Below, one piece after another: positions 61,961 through 64,000 of a DNA stretch of 64,000 bases. The translations under genes were made by a program, and so were the position numbers. The notes under the pieces were generated by a model, which worked only from the letters and a program-made list of their open reading frames with translations, made no database searches and was not told where the DNA came from. Position 1 is the first letter of the stretch. Every line of letters starts with the position of its first letter. The DNA comes from the human T2T-CHM13v2.0 reference genome, Homo sapiens. Location: the NCBI RefSeq assembly GCF_009914755.1, contig NC_060946.1; one strand, written 5' to 3'.

Positions 61961-64000
61961 CTGAAACATCTCTGAACGGATCAACAAAGTGAAGTAAGTC
62001 TTGTCTAGACTCTGCCTACAGGGGCTTTGTGATGTATCTCTGCACTGATCACCCAGGTGATGGGACATTTGTCTAGGCTCTGCCTATGACAGCATTGTGA
62101 CATATCTCTACACTGACCACCAAGGTGATGTGAATCTTTTGTTGGATCTGCCTCTGGGGGCATTGTGATATATTTCTGCACTGATCATCCAGGTGATGGG
62201 ACTCTAGTCTAGGCTCTGTGTATGGGGCTTTGTGACATACCTTTGCACTGACCACCCAGGTGATGTAACTCATCTAAGTTCTGCCTACAGGAGCTTTGTG
62301 ACATATCTCTGCACTGATCACTTAGGTGATGTAACACTTTTATAATCACTGCCTACAGGGAATTTTGACAAATCTCTGCACTGATCACCTAGGTGATGTA
62401 ACTCTTGTCTGCCCTCTGCCCAAAGGGGCATTGTGAAATGTCTCTGAACTGATCACCCAGGTGATTCAACTCCTGTGTAGGATCTGCCTACAGCGGCGTT
62501 TTCACATATCCCTGAAATGATGACAAAGGTGATGTAACTCTTGCCTAGGCTTTCCCTACAGGGCACATTGTGACATATCTCTGCACTGATCACCCAGGTG
62601 ATATAACTCTTCTCTAGGATCTGACCACAGGGTGCTTTGTGATATATCACTTCACTGATCACCCAGGTGATGCAGCTCTTCTCTATGCTCTGCCTCCAGG
62701 GGTCATTGTGATATACCTCTTCACTGATCACCCAGGTGATGTAACTCTTGTCTAGGTTCTGCTTACAAGGGGTATTGTGACATATCTCTGCACTGATCAC
62801 CTAAGTGATGTAACACTTGTGTAAGCTATGCCTACAGGGGCATTTAGACATATCTCTGCACTGTTAACCGAGGTGACGTAACTCTTGTCTAGGCTGTGCC
62901 CACAGGGTGATTAAGACATATCTCTGCACTGATCCCGAGGTGATTCAACTCTTGCTTGGTCTCTGCCTACTGGGGATATTGTGACATATCTCTGCACTGA
63001 TCTCCCAGGTGCAGTAACTTTATTCTAGGCTCTGGCTACACTACATTGTGACATATCACTGCACTGATCATCCAAGTGATATAACTCTTGTCTAGTCTCT
63101 GCATGCAGGGTTCTTGTGACATATCTCTGCACTGATCACCCAGGTGATGTAACTGTTGTATAAGCCCTGCCTACAGGGGAATTGTGAGAGATCTCGCCAC
63201 TGATCACCGAAGTGATGTAACTATTGTCTACGCTTTGCCTACAGGGGGCTTTGTGACATACCTTTGCACTGATCACCCAGGTGATGTAACTCATCTAAGT
63301 TCTGCCTACAGGAGCTTTCTGACATATCTCTGCACTGATCCCTTAGGTGATGTAACACTTTTATAAGCACTGCTACAGGGAATTTTGAAAAATCTCTGCA
63401 CAGAACACCTAGGTGATGTAACTCTTGTCTGCCCTCTGCCCAAAGGGGGCATTGTGAAATATCTCTGCACTGATCCACTAGGTGATGTAACTAGTGTCTA
63501 TGCTCTGCCTACAGGGGCGTTTTCACATATCCCTGAACTGATGACAAAGGTGATGTAACTCTTGCCTAGGCTTTGCCTACAGGGGAAATTGTGACATATC
63601 TCTGCACTGATAACCCAGGTGATGCAACTCTTGTCTAGGATCTGCCTACAGCAGAATTCTCACATATCCCTGAACTGTTGACAAAGGTGATGGAACTCTT
63701 GCCTAGGCTTTGCCTACAGGGGAAATTGTGACATATCTCTGCACTGATAACCCAGATGATGCTACTCTTCTCTATGCTCTGCCTACAGGGGACATTGTGA
63801 CATATCTCTGCACTGATAACCCAGGTGATGTAACTCTTGTCTAGGCTCTGATTACAGGGGGTATTGGGATATATCTCTGCACTGATCACCTAAGTGATGT
63901 AACACTTGTGTAGGCTCTCCCTACAGGGGCATTTTGACATATCTCTGCACTGTTAACCGAGGTGATGTAACTCTTCTCAAGGCTGTGCCCACAGTGGGAT
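61961..64000. repeat. Beta satellite, continuing past the window end
   Basis: 68-bp monomers. Confidence 0.95.

Overview
Hominoid (most likely human) heterochromatic DNA of the acrocentric short-arm or pericentromeric type, not prokaryotic. About 79% is 68-bp beta satellite (Sau3A/BSAT), all in one orientation. Positions 1-~18.5 kb form a young higher-order repeat (mainly a ~1,973-bp 29-mer, with 28-, 20-, 19- and 45-monomer variants). From 25.6 kb onward, five minus-strand D4Z4/DUX4-like cassettes (~2.3-2.8 kb each) alternate with 3-8 kb beta-satellite spacers, matching the LSau/DUX-beta-satellite composite family. Each complete cassette copies the architecture of the FSHD-type 4qA/10qA array end: promoter, DUX4-like ORF, exon 2, KpnI-site position, LSau partial unit, pLAM/exon-3-like segment, then beta satellite. 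All five full-length DUX4-like ORFs are disabled. Main observations: the DUX4 poly(A)-signal position is an ordinary beta-satellite hexamer (GTCACA) here; pLAM looks like an ATG-deleted copy of the DUX4 5' region; copy 1 has a new ATG that gives a 182-aa double-homeodomain ORF behind a TATAA box; copy 2 has gained an AATAAA; and satellite monomer order reveals 'ghost' sites where cassettes were probably lost. Comparisons with reference DUX4/pLAM are from memory and need alignment. Chromosome and species cannot be fixed from sequence alone. Most ORFs in the supplied track are satellite or GC-rich artefacts.
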